Assembly (NCBI GenBank): GCA_002189035.1 | Contig: CM007989.1 | Coordinates: 7,502,001-7,566,000, forward strand | Origin: Utricularia gibba | Taxonomy: Eukaryota; Plantae; Magnoliophyta | DNA: 64,000 nt | Direction of reading: 5' to 3' | Shown here: positions 50,494-62,376 of the stretch, one piece after another | Layout of the letters: each line of letters starts with the position of its first letter | How positions within the stretch are numbered: the stretch's first letter is position 1 | The notes under the pieces: model-generated | What the model was told of the DNA's origin: nothing | Databases searched by the model: none | What the model saw: only the letters and a program-made list of their open reading frames with translations | Position numbers and translations under genes: made by a program

Positions 50494-52719
50494 CTAGTAC
50501 ATGATGCCTGTGCATTTGCGAGAACCGCAATAGCACCTCTTTGTCTTTGCATTCCCGTTTTCATCATGAACTTTCTTGTAGTTATAATCATAGGAAAGCT
50601 CTTGTCCGGCGGGGATTCCCTTGGAAGCAAAGAACATGATGTGGGGGACTCTCTTGTCTGAGTGATCATAGAGCACATTCTGACCAAACAAGTTTGGGGA
50701 GCAGCTATGGTTAATGAATCTGCCGATGTTCCCACGGTGTTTTGCATCAATGGAGAATTCATCATGAGAAACATCGAAGAGATATTCATCGTTACCAACT
50801 CTTCTTTCGGCTTCCTCATCGCTTAACACCTCTCCAATGTACTCACAAACAAAGCTCCCTTGTGAGATGAAGTGTCTTGATCTAACACCCCAGCCTCTGG
50901 TTTCAGTCTTGAAAATTTCCAACTCATATTGAGGGCCATTTTGAGTCACTCGATTCATACATGTAGGGGGGCATTTGCATGCAGGACCACACTCATAGAA
51001 CATATCCTTGGCTCGAATTAGATTTCCCATCTCATTGAAGGGGATCTCCCCTCCATTCTTTGTAACACAAGCACATTGTATAGAATCTGAACAACCGTCT
51101 ATGCAATTACAACCAGCTGGGGTGATGATGCTGTACCAATCAGGATAAACAATCTTGGTTATGTAATCAAAAGCATTAGGCCTATCTTCATCAATATTGT
51201 TGATGGCAGGTACAAGCATCTTTTCTTTCCCATCAGATATATCCTTCACCACACAATGCTTAGCACCTCTTTTCGCTCCGTCCGTTCTTGATTCCCCTGT
51301 TATTCTGTGCAATTCAAATTTGAAAACCAACTTTCCACTTCCATGAGCTCTTTCTTGCCAAAAATCATGTATAGTGTACAGACCATCATAAACATACATA
51401 TATTCCTTCTCAATATTGCAAATGCCAAAACTTGATCCCATGAAACTACTCTTCATTTTGTTTGTCACCCTAATAGGATACCCCATTTTCATGCTATTCA
51501 CCAAAGCGATATTTCCATTTTCAAGTTTTTGATCAACAACCTTGTCCCCAAACTTCATGTTTCCACCATATCCTGAATAGATCAAAACATCATGAGATTT
51601 AGCTTGGTTCTCATATCTACCAGAGTTCACAATGCTGGTAGCAAATTTTTCCCCATCCATTTCCACATAAGCTATGCCACAAACGAACTCCCGGTGGATC
51701 CCAACCACCACAAGTTGAGCCCTATACTGAAAAAGATCACCAACTTCAATGCCTGGTACATGCCCAAAAGGCTTATCAGCATAGAGCCACATGCCAAGTG
51801 ATTTAAGGCGCATCGCTACCGATGTACAAACTTGTTTCCTAGACTTTTCCTCACTTAGCGCAACTTGGTTCTGCTGTATGCATTCCCTATGCATTTTTTC
51901 AAATGAGTTTAGACACTTCATCACTGCAATCCTCTCAATATCATCATGTTGAGCACCATTCCAGTGAGTAAGATTATTATATTTAGAATCATATTTTTTA
52001 TCTACTCTTCCACCAATGCTTGCACTGTGATACTCTAAATCAGCCTTTAAACCATCATTCCCAGGGCTTGTAAGCAATTTATCTAGATTTCTCACATCTA
52101 AATGAACCAATTTTCCAAAAACATTTTGTTCATCAGGATCTCCATCATCAGTTGTGTGACTATTGTGATCATCATTGGGCACTTTCTCACCAACTGATGC
52201 TCTATGATTACCACTGGGTGATGTATTGAATTTTTTGGGTGATGGAACAAAACATTTATCAACATACTTCCCCATATTAATCCTAACTCCACCAAACAAC
52301 TTTCCTTCTCCTTTCAGCACAGGGGACTGATTCTCAAATTTTGCCTTCTTTTTAAGCAATCCCTCATCTACATCAACTGTAGTGGCGGACTCGAGAAATT
52401 TTATGCATTTGTTAGCCTCTGCAATGAGTTCATCAAGTTCTCTTACATCACCATTCACTCCATCTCTTTGATTTATAAAATCACCATCTCCATCACGGGC
52501 ATCACCCTGTTTTAATGCAGTCGAGCAGCATGAGTCTGAGTTTACATCACTGCTATATCGAACACTTGTTAAGGGAACTGCTACCAGACAAACTGTACCA
52601 TCTGGACATCTAAAATACTCCTCTGGACTGAAACTTTCGTGGTCAATTGTTTTAGATGAAGCAGCATAGTCCGCAGGTCTAAAACAATTCAAGGAAGGCT
52701 GCTCCTCAGAATCCATCAT
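50494..52719 (-). CDS. SUVH-family H3K9 methyltransferase (SRA + pre-SET + SET + post-SET; SUVH5/6-like), intronless CDS
   Basis: 741-aa ORF: FGHVPGIEVGDLFQYR SRA; pre-SET CNCIDGCS..C.C..KNGG...ECGPACKCPPTCMNRVTQ; SET RGWGVRS...EYIGE, RFINHSCSPN, ELSYDY; post-SET CYCGSRKC. Confidence 0.93.
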   Translation of the reverse strand: MMDSEEQPSLNCFRPADYAASSKTIDHESFSPEEYFRCPDGTVCLVAVPLTSVRYSSDVNSDSCCSTALKQGDARDGDGDFINQRDGVNGDVRELDELIAEANKCIKFLESATTVDVDEGLLKKKAKFENQSPVLKGEGKLFGGVRINMGKYVDKCFVPSPKKFNTSPSGNHRASVGEKVPNDDHNSHTTDDGDPDEQNVFGKLVHLDVRNLDKLLTSPGNDGLKADLEYHSASIGGRVDKKYDSKYNNLTHWNGAQHDDIERIAVMKCLNSFEKMHRECIQQNQVALSEEKSRKQVCTSVAMRLKSLGMWLYADKPFGHVPGIEVGDLFQYRAQLVVVGIHREFVCGIAYVEMDGEKFATSIVNSGRYENQAKSHDVLIYSGYGGNMKFGDKVVDQKLENGNIALVNSMKMGYPIRVTNKMKSSFMGSSFGICNIEKEYMYVYDGLYTIHDFWQERAHGSGKLVFKFELHRITGESRTDGAKRGAKHCVVKDISDGKEKMLVPAINNIDEDRPNAFDYITKIVYPDWYSIITPAGCNCIDGCSDSIQCACVTKNGGEIPFNEMGNLIRAKDMFYECGPACKCPPTCMNRVTQNGPQYELEIFKTETRGWGVRSRHFISQGSFVCEYIGEVLSDEEAERRVGNDEYLFDVSHDEFSIDAKHRGNIGRFINHSCSPNLFGQNVLYDHSDKRVPHIMFFASKGIPAGQELSYDYNYKKVHDENGNAKTKRCYCGSRKCTGIMY

Positions 52720-54464
52720 GGTCCTAAAGTTAAACTAATCATCATGGCCACATAGGCCATCGATTCCAAGTGATTTTCCCGTTTTCCATGATACACTTGG
52801 TACTGCTAGGGGAGTCATTCGCAACCCAAGCACCTAGATTATCAAACTAACGCATCATCAAAACAACACAAAAGAGGAAAACAATCTTATCACCTTAAAA
52901 ACAACAATAGGAAGAAGGAAGCCCACCGCATGTCAACAAGCTCCACCCTGCGATTCAAGAAAAACATATACAAACGCACAAACAAGCGGCACTTTACCAG
53001 GAGCACGCAGCATTTTAACAGAAACACACTAACGCCGCAAGAAGTCCAGAGGTCTCCTTTAGGGTTTGGGAATCGCGATAACCGATCAGGGAGGGAACCG
53101 AAACGTCCGAAATCCCAGGCTGCAAGATACGTATTTATAGACACAAGGTATAAAGTAATCATGCACCTATTTTATTGGAGATCGGAGATATCCAAATCTG
53201 TTTAAGTAAATAAAAAGATTCCTGCATCCTCATATAATTTTGACCTTAAATAAGTGGATGCGATCACATGTGTACGCCCATTTCTTTTTAACACGTTTTT
53301 TTCAAATGAGGTAACAATATGTGATGAACTTGGCTTTGGAAAGTTCTAGAATAACATTTTTCCAAAACAGATTCATGCTTGAGAATAAAATTATTTTCTC
53401 TTAATGGACACAAGATTGATCAGTACCTCACTATGGGCTGGTTCTATTTTTAAATTTATGTTTCAAATTATATGAAATAAAATTAATTTTATAATTTAAT
53501 TTAATTTTCACATTAAAACTATTTGTAAAATAATGTAAAACTATATTAATGTATTTTCAAGATGTCTATAAATTAAATACCATAATTTTTATTATTTATA
53601 TTTTATTTAATCACTAAAATAAAATAGTGAATCCAATAATTTTTAAGATTAATCTCATAATTTAAATTTTTAATTTTGCACAAAATGAAAGAAAATTGTA
53701 ATTTATAAAAATTAAATATAGTTACTTTTAAAAAATGATTTACATAACTTATAGTTCTATTAGTTTACATCATTTCTTGATTTGATTAGATTTAATTTTT
53801 TTAAAATTTTAAAATTTAATTATATTATTCGTTTTTTACATGTTTCAAAAATACATTTATATTATCATATTAAATTTATACATATAAAAACTTTATAATC
53901 TATAATTTTATTTATTAAATTTATAATATAATTTTATATTATTCAACAAAAAAAGTTTTATAATATCAAAATTGATTGATTCATATAATATCAAAATTAA
54001 TTATATTTTACATAATCTCAAACACAAATTCAAAATACATAAAAGATTTTATATCTTTAGATATTTGGTGTATGTGATTAAATAAATTAAAATAGTAAAT
54101 AGTACTTTATATTACTTTTGATTTATGAATTTAAATAATATCAAATTGAGGCAGTTTTTGAAATTTCATTAAAAAAAGTTTATTTAAATTTACATAAAAA
54201 ATATTTATATATCGTATTTATTTAAATTTAAATAAACTGATTTTTTTTTTTGAAGGTATGTATGCAAATCTCCATAGGAATTTCTGGAAATTTGGGGATT
54301 AATTCTAGAACCATCGAATTTATATTCAAAAGAAAAGAGCTCGAAAAACTCAAACTGGGCCGAGAAGAAGAGGGGCGGGGCCGCTCCATCCCTAAACCTC
54401 CGAGGACGATCAGAATACCTGTCCAGCCCACCCCAATCTTCCATTCCCACCATCGAGGCATTTG

Positions 54465-54472
54465 TTTCCCGC
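54465..54472 (+). promoter_or_regulatory. E2F site TTTCCCGC
   Basis: Exact TTTSSCGS match ~70 bp upstream of the TONSOKU ATG. Confidence 0.6.
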
Positions 54473-54543
54473 TATTTTTACGTTGTCTTCTTCCCTGTCG
54501 TGAGTCGGTCAAGAAATTCCATAATCGGAACTCTTGAGGATCA

Positions 54544-57500
54544 ATGCCTCGGAGAGAGGAGGCCTGCAACCAGCAGCAGCTGAATGCGGCGAAGAGGTCT
54601 TACAACGCTGCGGTGGAAATCGGGAACCGGCAGGAGGAGGCTCGTTGGGCGAACTTCATCGGCCACTTACTTAAGAATCGCGGTGAGTACGTAGAGGCTC
54701 TTAGATGGCTGCGCAAGGACTACGAGGTCTCGATGCGATACTTGCCTGAGAAGCAGTTGCTAGCCACGTGCCAGTCTCTGGGCGAGCTTCATCTTCGCCT
54801 GCAGGAATATGATCAGGCTCTGGTGTATCAGGTACTACATTGAGAAGCTCTTTTAATGTGGAAGTTTTTCGTAGTACAAGGGAGCTTTTGTCAAGCGTAA
54901 ACTGCAAACTCAAATGAATTTGTCGCTATTTTTCTAGTAGTCTACTGCTGCTAATCTCTGTTATTTGGGTGTCAGAAAAAACATTTAGAGCTTGCGAAGG
55001 TTGAAAATGATCTACTTGAACAACAAAGAGCCAGCACTCAGCTAGGGCGAACATATCATGAAATGTTTCTTAAGTCGGATGATGATCACTCTTCCATCAG
55101 AAATGCTAAGAAGTATTTCACATCAGCTATGGAGCTTGCTAAAGCCTTCATGAATAATCCACCTTCTGAGAGAGTTTCTTTTGTAGAGGAGTACATTGAT
55201 GCCTATAACAACATTGGAATGCTTGAACTTGATCTTGATAACTTTGAGGAAGCAGAGAAACTTCTATGTAGAGGACTAGAGATATGTGACGAGGAAGAGG
55301 TGGCTGAGAATAACGATGCACGTAGCAGGCTCCATCATAACCTGGGAAATGTTTACTTAGAACTGAGAAAATGGGAAAAAGCCCATGAGCACATAAAAAA
55401 AGATATCCTTCTCTGCAAGCAAATTGGCCATCGTCAAGGTGAAGCTAAAGGCTATATTAACCTTGGTGAGCTGCATTACAGAATGCAAAAGTACTCAGAA
55501 GCCATTGCATCTTACCAGAAGGCGCTCGACCTTGCACAATCATTGGAAGATGAGCATGCATTAGCTGATCAGATTTATCAAAATATCAAAATTGTTCGAG
55601 AGGCAGTGGAAGTAATGAATGCACTAAAGCGGGAAGAACAACAATTCAAAAGGCTTGAAAGGAATACAGAACTGTCTAGAGGCTCTGAGAAGCAATGGAA
55701 GTGTCTTCTCAGACAGAGCAAGGCACTTGATTCCCTAATTGAGAAGGCAAGGATGATTTTTGACTGGATTAAGGTATGCAATTTTCTTCTTATTTTCTTG
55801 CACGTGTAAACTGCCAATTCTGATCGTCATAATTCAGGAGTGATTATCCTTCTATTGCTTGACCTTGTGATGGCAGTTTGCGGCTTATTTTCTTGCACAT
55901 TTTGACTACCAATTTTGATCCCTGCTTTGTCATTTACACGTCTAGATGTAGGTTTGATCTTTTTATTTTTTGTTCTGTTCCTCAATACCTATGTATATGT
56001 AACTAGATTTCATTGTTTAACAATTCAAGCACCGAGAATATGCAAAAAAGAAGAAGAAGATCGCTGATGAACTTTGTGACAAAGAGAAGTTGAGCGATTC
56101 ATTTTTAGTTATAGGAGAGTCATACCAAAAACTCCGGAAATTCAAGAAAGCTTTGAAGTGGTACAGGAAAGGTTGGGAAACCTACAGGTCTATTGGAAAC
56201 TTAGAGGTGACTATTGTTATCCTCATTTAGTAGTGATTGGTGATATCGTTATTTCAAAAATGTAAAGCATGGCTCTTCTCTTTTCGGGTGTTAACAATCA
56301 AGTAGCAACTTTATGGTTTAGACTTTCCAAGCTGGTTGCTCTAATCATCTAATGATTCGGGGTTTTAGTATTCTAATTATTATCAAAAGGATTCTAAGGT
56401 TAAGGTGAAATTTATGTCACAGCATGGTAATTTCAGGGACAGGCACTAGCAAAGATGAACATTGGAGATATTCTGGATTCAAATGGCGATTGGCATGGTG
56501 CTTTAGAAGCTTTCAGGGAGGCGTACAGGTGAGGACCTCATCTCCAACTACAAGATTTTCTTCTTGTATTACTGTCTAAACACCACTGTCGCCTTCTTTC
56601 TCACAGAGCTGCTCAATGTGCAAAACTGCCTCATTTGGAGCTTGCTACTCTGGAGAATATGCACTACAGTTATATGATTCGTTTTGATAAAGCAAAAGAG
56701 GCCAGGTATGGTGCTTTTTTTTTTAATATTTTGACCTTGTATCATTATCATTAAATTTAGATGTCCTGAAAATGAAAATGAAAAGAAAAAACGCATCATG
56801 CAAATTGCATATTTCTTCTTGATGTACCGTTGTAGATGGTCAGTCATGACAGTTTTACATTACAGGGAAATAAAGCTGTTAATTGAAAAATTAAAGAAAT
56901 CCAATGATGGAGAGCTGAAGCCTCAAGTTTCTCCAGCAGATAGCTGTTCAGAGACGTACACAGAGTTAGATGATTACTCAATGGATGATATGTCTAAAGA
57001 AAGTTTTCTGAAGAACGATGAAATATACTCCAGAAGAGCAGATTCATTAGTCGATGCTGAACAGGCTGATAAAATAAAATGCACCCACATTCATCAAACT
57101 GCTAGTACTGGAAGGTGGAAAGAAGCTAATGATACTATGGCTAATTTTTCTGGGCCACATAAATCCAAGGGCCACATTGTTTCACAACCTAAAGAGAGCT
57201 ACCGCCTCAGGAGAAAACGTGCACATGCTATCATTTCTGATGATGAGAGTGAAAATGAAAATAATTCTTTGCGTGAAGGGATGACAAACAGCTTTGTCAA
57301 AGAAGTATCAACTTGTGAAGAAGGTAACAATTGGGATCTATCTTGTAACTAGCCGGAAGGTTGAATAAATAGTCTTGAATTTTTCTTCTACTATTGCAGT
57401 AGTGAGGAAGTGCGCGAGAAGTTCAGCTGATGAAGCTCAGGTAGTGGATTCGTGCATGAACCTTGTGTTTTCCATTTTGTTTTTAATTCAATTAAAATTT

Positions 57501-60500
57501 GATGTATTCTGTGGCTTTCAGGGTGAAACTTCACCAGTTGGATCAAGATATACAACTGGTGAACTTCCCTGTGTCAATCAAGAGGGTGCTCGATGCTCAT
57601 CGGCAACCAGCATTTTCCCCTTTGATTCACAGGTTTCACAATTATGTGAAACAGCGAAAACATGTGAATCTGTGCGCTTCTGAATCCCTCTCAATGGCTA
57701 TTAGTGGAGCTTTTTGCATTATACTCCAATTTTCCATGGATATTTCCGTTATTTTAGCCAGCCTGCACTCATTGGACATTTTTATGATTAGTTAAAATCT
57801 GAAATGTTGCTTGCCTTTGCTTCCAAGGAAGATTCAAATATTGTTGCAATCTGTGTATCAAACTAACCTTTTCATGCTGACATTTAGATTTATGTGTTTC
57901 AGAAAAAGATCCATGTCAAAGTAAATCAAGAGGTTGTCTATCTGGACGTAAGCACCTCTGCTGTTGGTGATAAACACAACATGGAGTGGGTTAAAACTCA
58001 ATTAGCTTGCTTATACTATCTGAAACTTCCCAGGGAAAAGAGATCCAAAGGTACACAGAAATAGCTCACTAGAGTTCTCTGATTTTGTTCCACTTCGTTG
58101 GTTATTGATCTGAATCCTATGGATTTTATCCTCACTGGAATGTATAATCCTTTTTATTTTATTTTATGGTCTTTGGAGCTTATCTTGTATAATCCTTTTT
58201 TTTATTTATAAACCATATGGCATGCTAAAGATGATGAAAAACTTGTAATTTGACATGAACACCGAGCAATAAGAGATTTATATATATATATACCAAAGAA
58301 GGCATCTGTAGCTGTTAATATGAATTTCTGATGTTCCAGGATTGGTGCCGTTCCTTCAAAATTTGATGTATCGTGGAAAAATTCTTGAGTCTATGGAGGA
58401 GATTAAGAGCTTGACTGATGATCATGGATCTGGGAATGGCTGGATTGAAGCCTGTACAAGTAAAAATGCTTGGTCGAGTGCAGCTATATTTACCCTATAT
58501 ATTTCCTTCCTTTTTGCTAGCTTGATGATTCATGAACCTGCTACTACAACAAACTTGATAATCCCTACATGAAATCTGAATTTAGTTTTTTTGGATATTC
58601 TCCATTTGTGTGCATGTTAGTTTATGGTGTTGTGAGGCTCACACCTCTCATTAAATATTGTATAAATTGTCTCTACTGCATTACTTTAAAATTACTTTTA
58701 TATGGTGAGATAATATTTTAGTATTTTTACTCAAGAATCGGTTGTTCTCTGTTTTTGGGTAGTTATGGTGCCAAAGATTCTCATGAATTTATACATCAAA
58801 TGCTGTGAGGCATTATCTGTACCACCTCACCTGGCATTGTTGCAAAAGTTGTACACTATTGATGTAAGCTCTAAATTTTCCTTGGGAGTACTACTGTTGG
58901 ATATCCTGATATTTGCTTTAGTTATTTTAACGTACTGACAAGTGTAACTGTTTGTTTTGGGTAACCAACCCTCAACAGGTATCAGAGGATAAAATTGTAG
59001 TTTCCGGGTGCCAATTGCAGGACTTCACAGTTGCACCTTTATTAGATGCTCTTACACTGCACAAACCGCTTGCTGTCTTGGACCTTTCTCATAATTTGTT
59101 GGGTACAAAATACATGAACTCTCATGTTCTCAAAAGCGTTATCCTATTTATTCAGGGTCATATTAAAAGGCCTTTTATTTCTTTAAAACTCAACAACGCA
59201 GGAAATACTACTATGGAGAAACTGAAACAAGTGTTTACATCTTCAAGCCAGAGTTATGGGGGACTGTTTCTGAATTTTCACAATAATCAACTTGGCCCTG
59301 CTGCTTTGTTTGAGGTGGTAAAAAATTTTGAATCAGAGAACTTTTGCATTTTATATCCACTGTCTCTTTCAACATCAGTACTTGAAATATTGATGTATTC
59401 ATTTCCAAAATACCTGAACTACTGTCTTATGCTTTCTTCTATTTGACAGATTTGTGAATGTGCGGTGCTTTATACTCGATTGGAGGTTCTCAATGTTTCT
59501 GGAAATCGTTTGACTGATGCCTGTGCATCTTATCTGTCAACCATCATCCGGACCTGCAAAGGCATGTCTCTATAACTCTATGATTAATATATACTTATAT
59601 GTTGTCTCTCCAAGCAATGTACAGTTGCATCCAGATAATTTTCTATGTAGGGTCCAGAGAACAGTTAATTCTGTGATCATCAGAACGTATGCATTTTTGT
59701 CATGTCTTTTACGTTAATTGATGTTAGCATTTGCAGCTCTTTATAGTGTCAACGTTGAGAACTGTCAACTCACTTCAAGAACGATCCAAAGAATTGCTGA
59801 TTCTATTGAATTGGATGCTGCTCTAACGCATCTTTATATAGGTACGTATAAAAGAGAATGATGTGCAACTTTGGTGGCCTTTTGATCTTACAGAGAAGCG
59901 ATTTTATATTGCTTTCTTAAACAGGGCAGAATAATCCTGTCTCAGGGAATGTTGTGATCAGTCTTGTGCTCAAGCTTGCCTCTTTGAAACGGTGTAGTTC
60001 ATGTTTGCAAAGTCGTATTTTCCTCGTGTCTTCTAAAATGCATATCTAAGAACATCTACTCTGACCTCAGGTTCCAAGAGCTCAGTTTGCATGGAATCAA
60101 GCTAAGCAAGCCAGTGGTTGACAGCATTTGTGAACTTGCCAATAACTGTTGCCTCTCTGTGCTTCTGCTTGGAAATACCAATATTGGAAATGTGAGTTTC
60201 ATAGTTTTCTAGAAGCGTACAACAAATTGATGGTGATATATATTTGTTGCGGTTGAGGGGTTGTGGGACAGGGAGTGGGGTAGGGCTTGGATACTTTGAT
60301 ATTACCGTATTATAGGCGCAATTTCAAAGGAAAGTCCATCTTTCTTTGTATGAACGGCAGAGTTTTTGACTGGGGAATCTAATACCACAATTCTTCCTTT
60401 TGTCAGGTTTAGAGCACTTTTTAAATACAATTTACTTGCTAAATAAGCTCGTTGGGCCCATAACACATATTTGCAGGAAGGCGCGATGCAGTTGATTCAA

Positions 60501-61428
60501 CCATTATCAAAGGATACACAAGATCTGGTCAGGCTTGATATGTCATTTACTGGAGTCACCTCTGAGTATGCATCTCGGCTATGTAATGTATCATCCTTCA
60601 CTGGCGGTATTCTTGAACTGAATCTAGGTGGAAATCCAATCGCAAAAGAGGTATGTATGCATCTTGTGATAAGTTCAAGCCTTTACTTCATCCGAGATTC
60701 TATGTTTGAACTTGCATAATTTCAAATACAGCAGAAATCACTGGTCCATGATATATTTTTGTTAGATATTTGACCAATTGAACACGCAACATGAAATGCA
60801 GGGTGCAAGTGCATTAGCCTCTTTGCTTCGGAATCCGCATTGCTCTTTAAGAGTTCTGGAAGTTTGCAAGTGTGAACTTGGTCTTCTTGGAATCACTCGA
60901 ATTCTTCAAGCACTCTCCGAGAACCACAGTCTTGAAGAGCTCAATGTAGCCGATAATATTGGTCGAAATGATTCTCAAGCTCATGCCCTGGATTCATGCT
61001 CCATGGAAGCAGTGACACTGGACACTGGCGTTCATTTGCAAAATTCCACTTCTGTAGCACCCAAATCTGACGAACAGGAAATGAGTGGCAATGATCTTGA
61101 AGCTGCTGACAGCGAAGATGAAACAAATGCAGAAACCGGGCGCATAGATCCCCGAGACGACAAAGATTCCATCTCACCAGAAGTTCAGCTTTTTATGAGA
61201 CCGCCTATGCAAGAATTAGCTGCATCTGTCAGGACAGCAGTGAACTTAAATAAGTTGAATCTTAGTGACAATGGATTCTCTCCCCAAGTCAGCGAGGCGC
61301 TATTTTCTGCTTGGTCCTCCGGGTGTAGAGGTGGTGTTGCAGAGAGACATGTTGATAGAAACATTGTGCATTTTTCAGTACAGGGGATCAAGTGCTGCGG
61401 CATCCTGCCCTGCTGCAGGCATATCTAA
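54544..61428 (+). CDS. TSK: TONSOKU/BRUSHY1/MGOUN3 (TPR + LRR chromatin/replication-repair protein), multi-exon
   Basis: AKRSY..A...[26 protein letters not shown]...DY; KKHLELA...[18 protein letters not shown]; [12 protein letters not shown]; LRR region [21 protein letters not shown]; ends [13 protein letters not shown]. Confidence 0.93.
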
Positions 61429-62376
61429 CTTGAGCCTCAGAAAATTTCAAGTATTATCCTTTACACCTCAATCTGGTGTGCTCTTCGGTTCACATCCACC
61501 CAATCTCAGTTGGTATGTGGTATGTTATGATTCCATATCCACCCAATCTCAGTTGGTGCACAGGCAAAGGTACCCACCCTATAAAACAAGATTCATTGAA
61601 GTTGATTTCCAAGTTTCAGAACTTGGAATGTCGGCTTCAGCTGTGGGGCAGCAGCCCTATAAATAGAGGTAAGTGGCTGTTGTTCAACGTCGTTAGAGTT
61701 GGTTTGGTAGGCGTAACCGCGTAAGGCGTCTGATGGTTCGTGTTATTATATATATTAATCATATTTTTGATAAGTATTGATTTTTAATATTATAAAGTAT
61801 ACATGAAAGTAATTTTTGTTTTAATTTTTTATTTATGATAAAATATAAGTTTATAAATTACATGGTTTAGTTAATATTATGAAGATAGAGCATAACATGT
61901 TTTTTATTACAATTTTTAATATTATATATAAGTTAATTATCGAATTTATTAAATATATGATAAATAATAATTATTTAATTATATTTTTTTACAAATTATA
62001 TATTTTTGGTATAAATTAATTCAATTCACATCCTTAATACGTAAATCACGAACCGGGATGCGGTGCAACTACGCAGCATGCGCATATTTTTCGACAAGGG
62101 AGATTTTCTTATCATTCCTATGCACTTAATTTCACATTCCTTGAAAAGTTTTTTTTTTTTTCCGATGATCGGTTCAGCAAACAAGAAAGGTTTTCATCAA
62201 GTTAGCAGCGATGGCAATCCCGCCTACTGCGGCTGAATGTAGGAAAGTACACCAGATGGGAGGGAGTGAAGGGGGCGACCCGAGCCTAAGCTGAGAGAAC
62301 ACATCTGGATGGATCAGAAGTAAAATGGTGTGTTCCACGATTGTCTCTCACGAAGTGAGGGGAGATTTTTTACCCC

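Noticed and set aside
61494-61557. 21-bp direct repeat ATCCACCCAATCTCAGTTGGT in the TONSOKU 3' region
   Set aside because: Only two copies; a simple local duplication, not an array.
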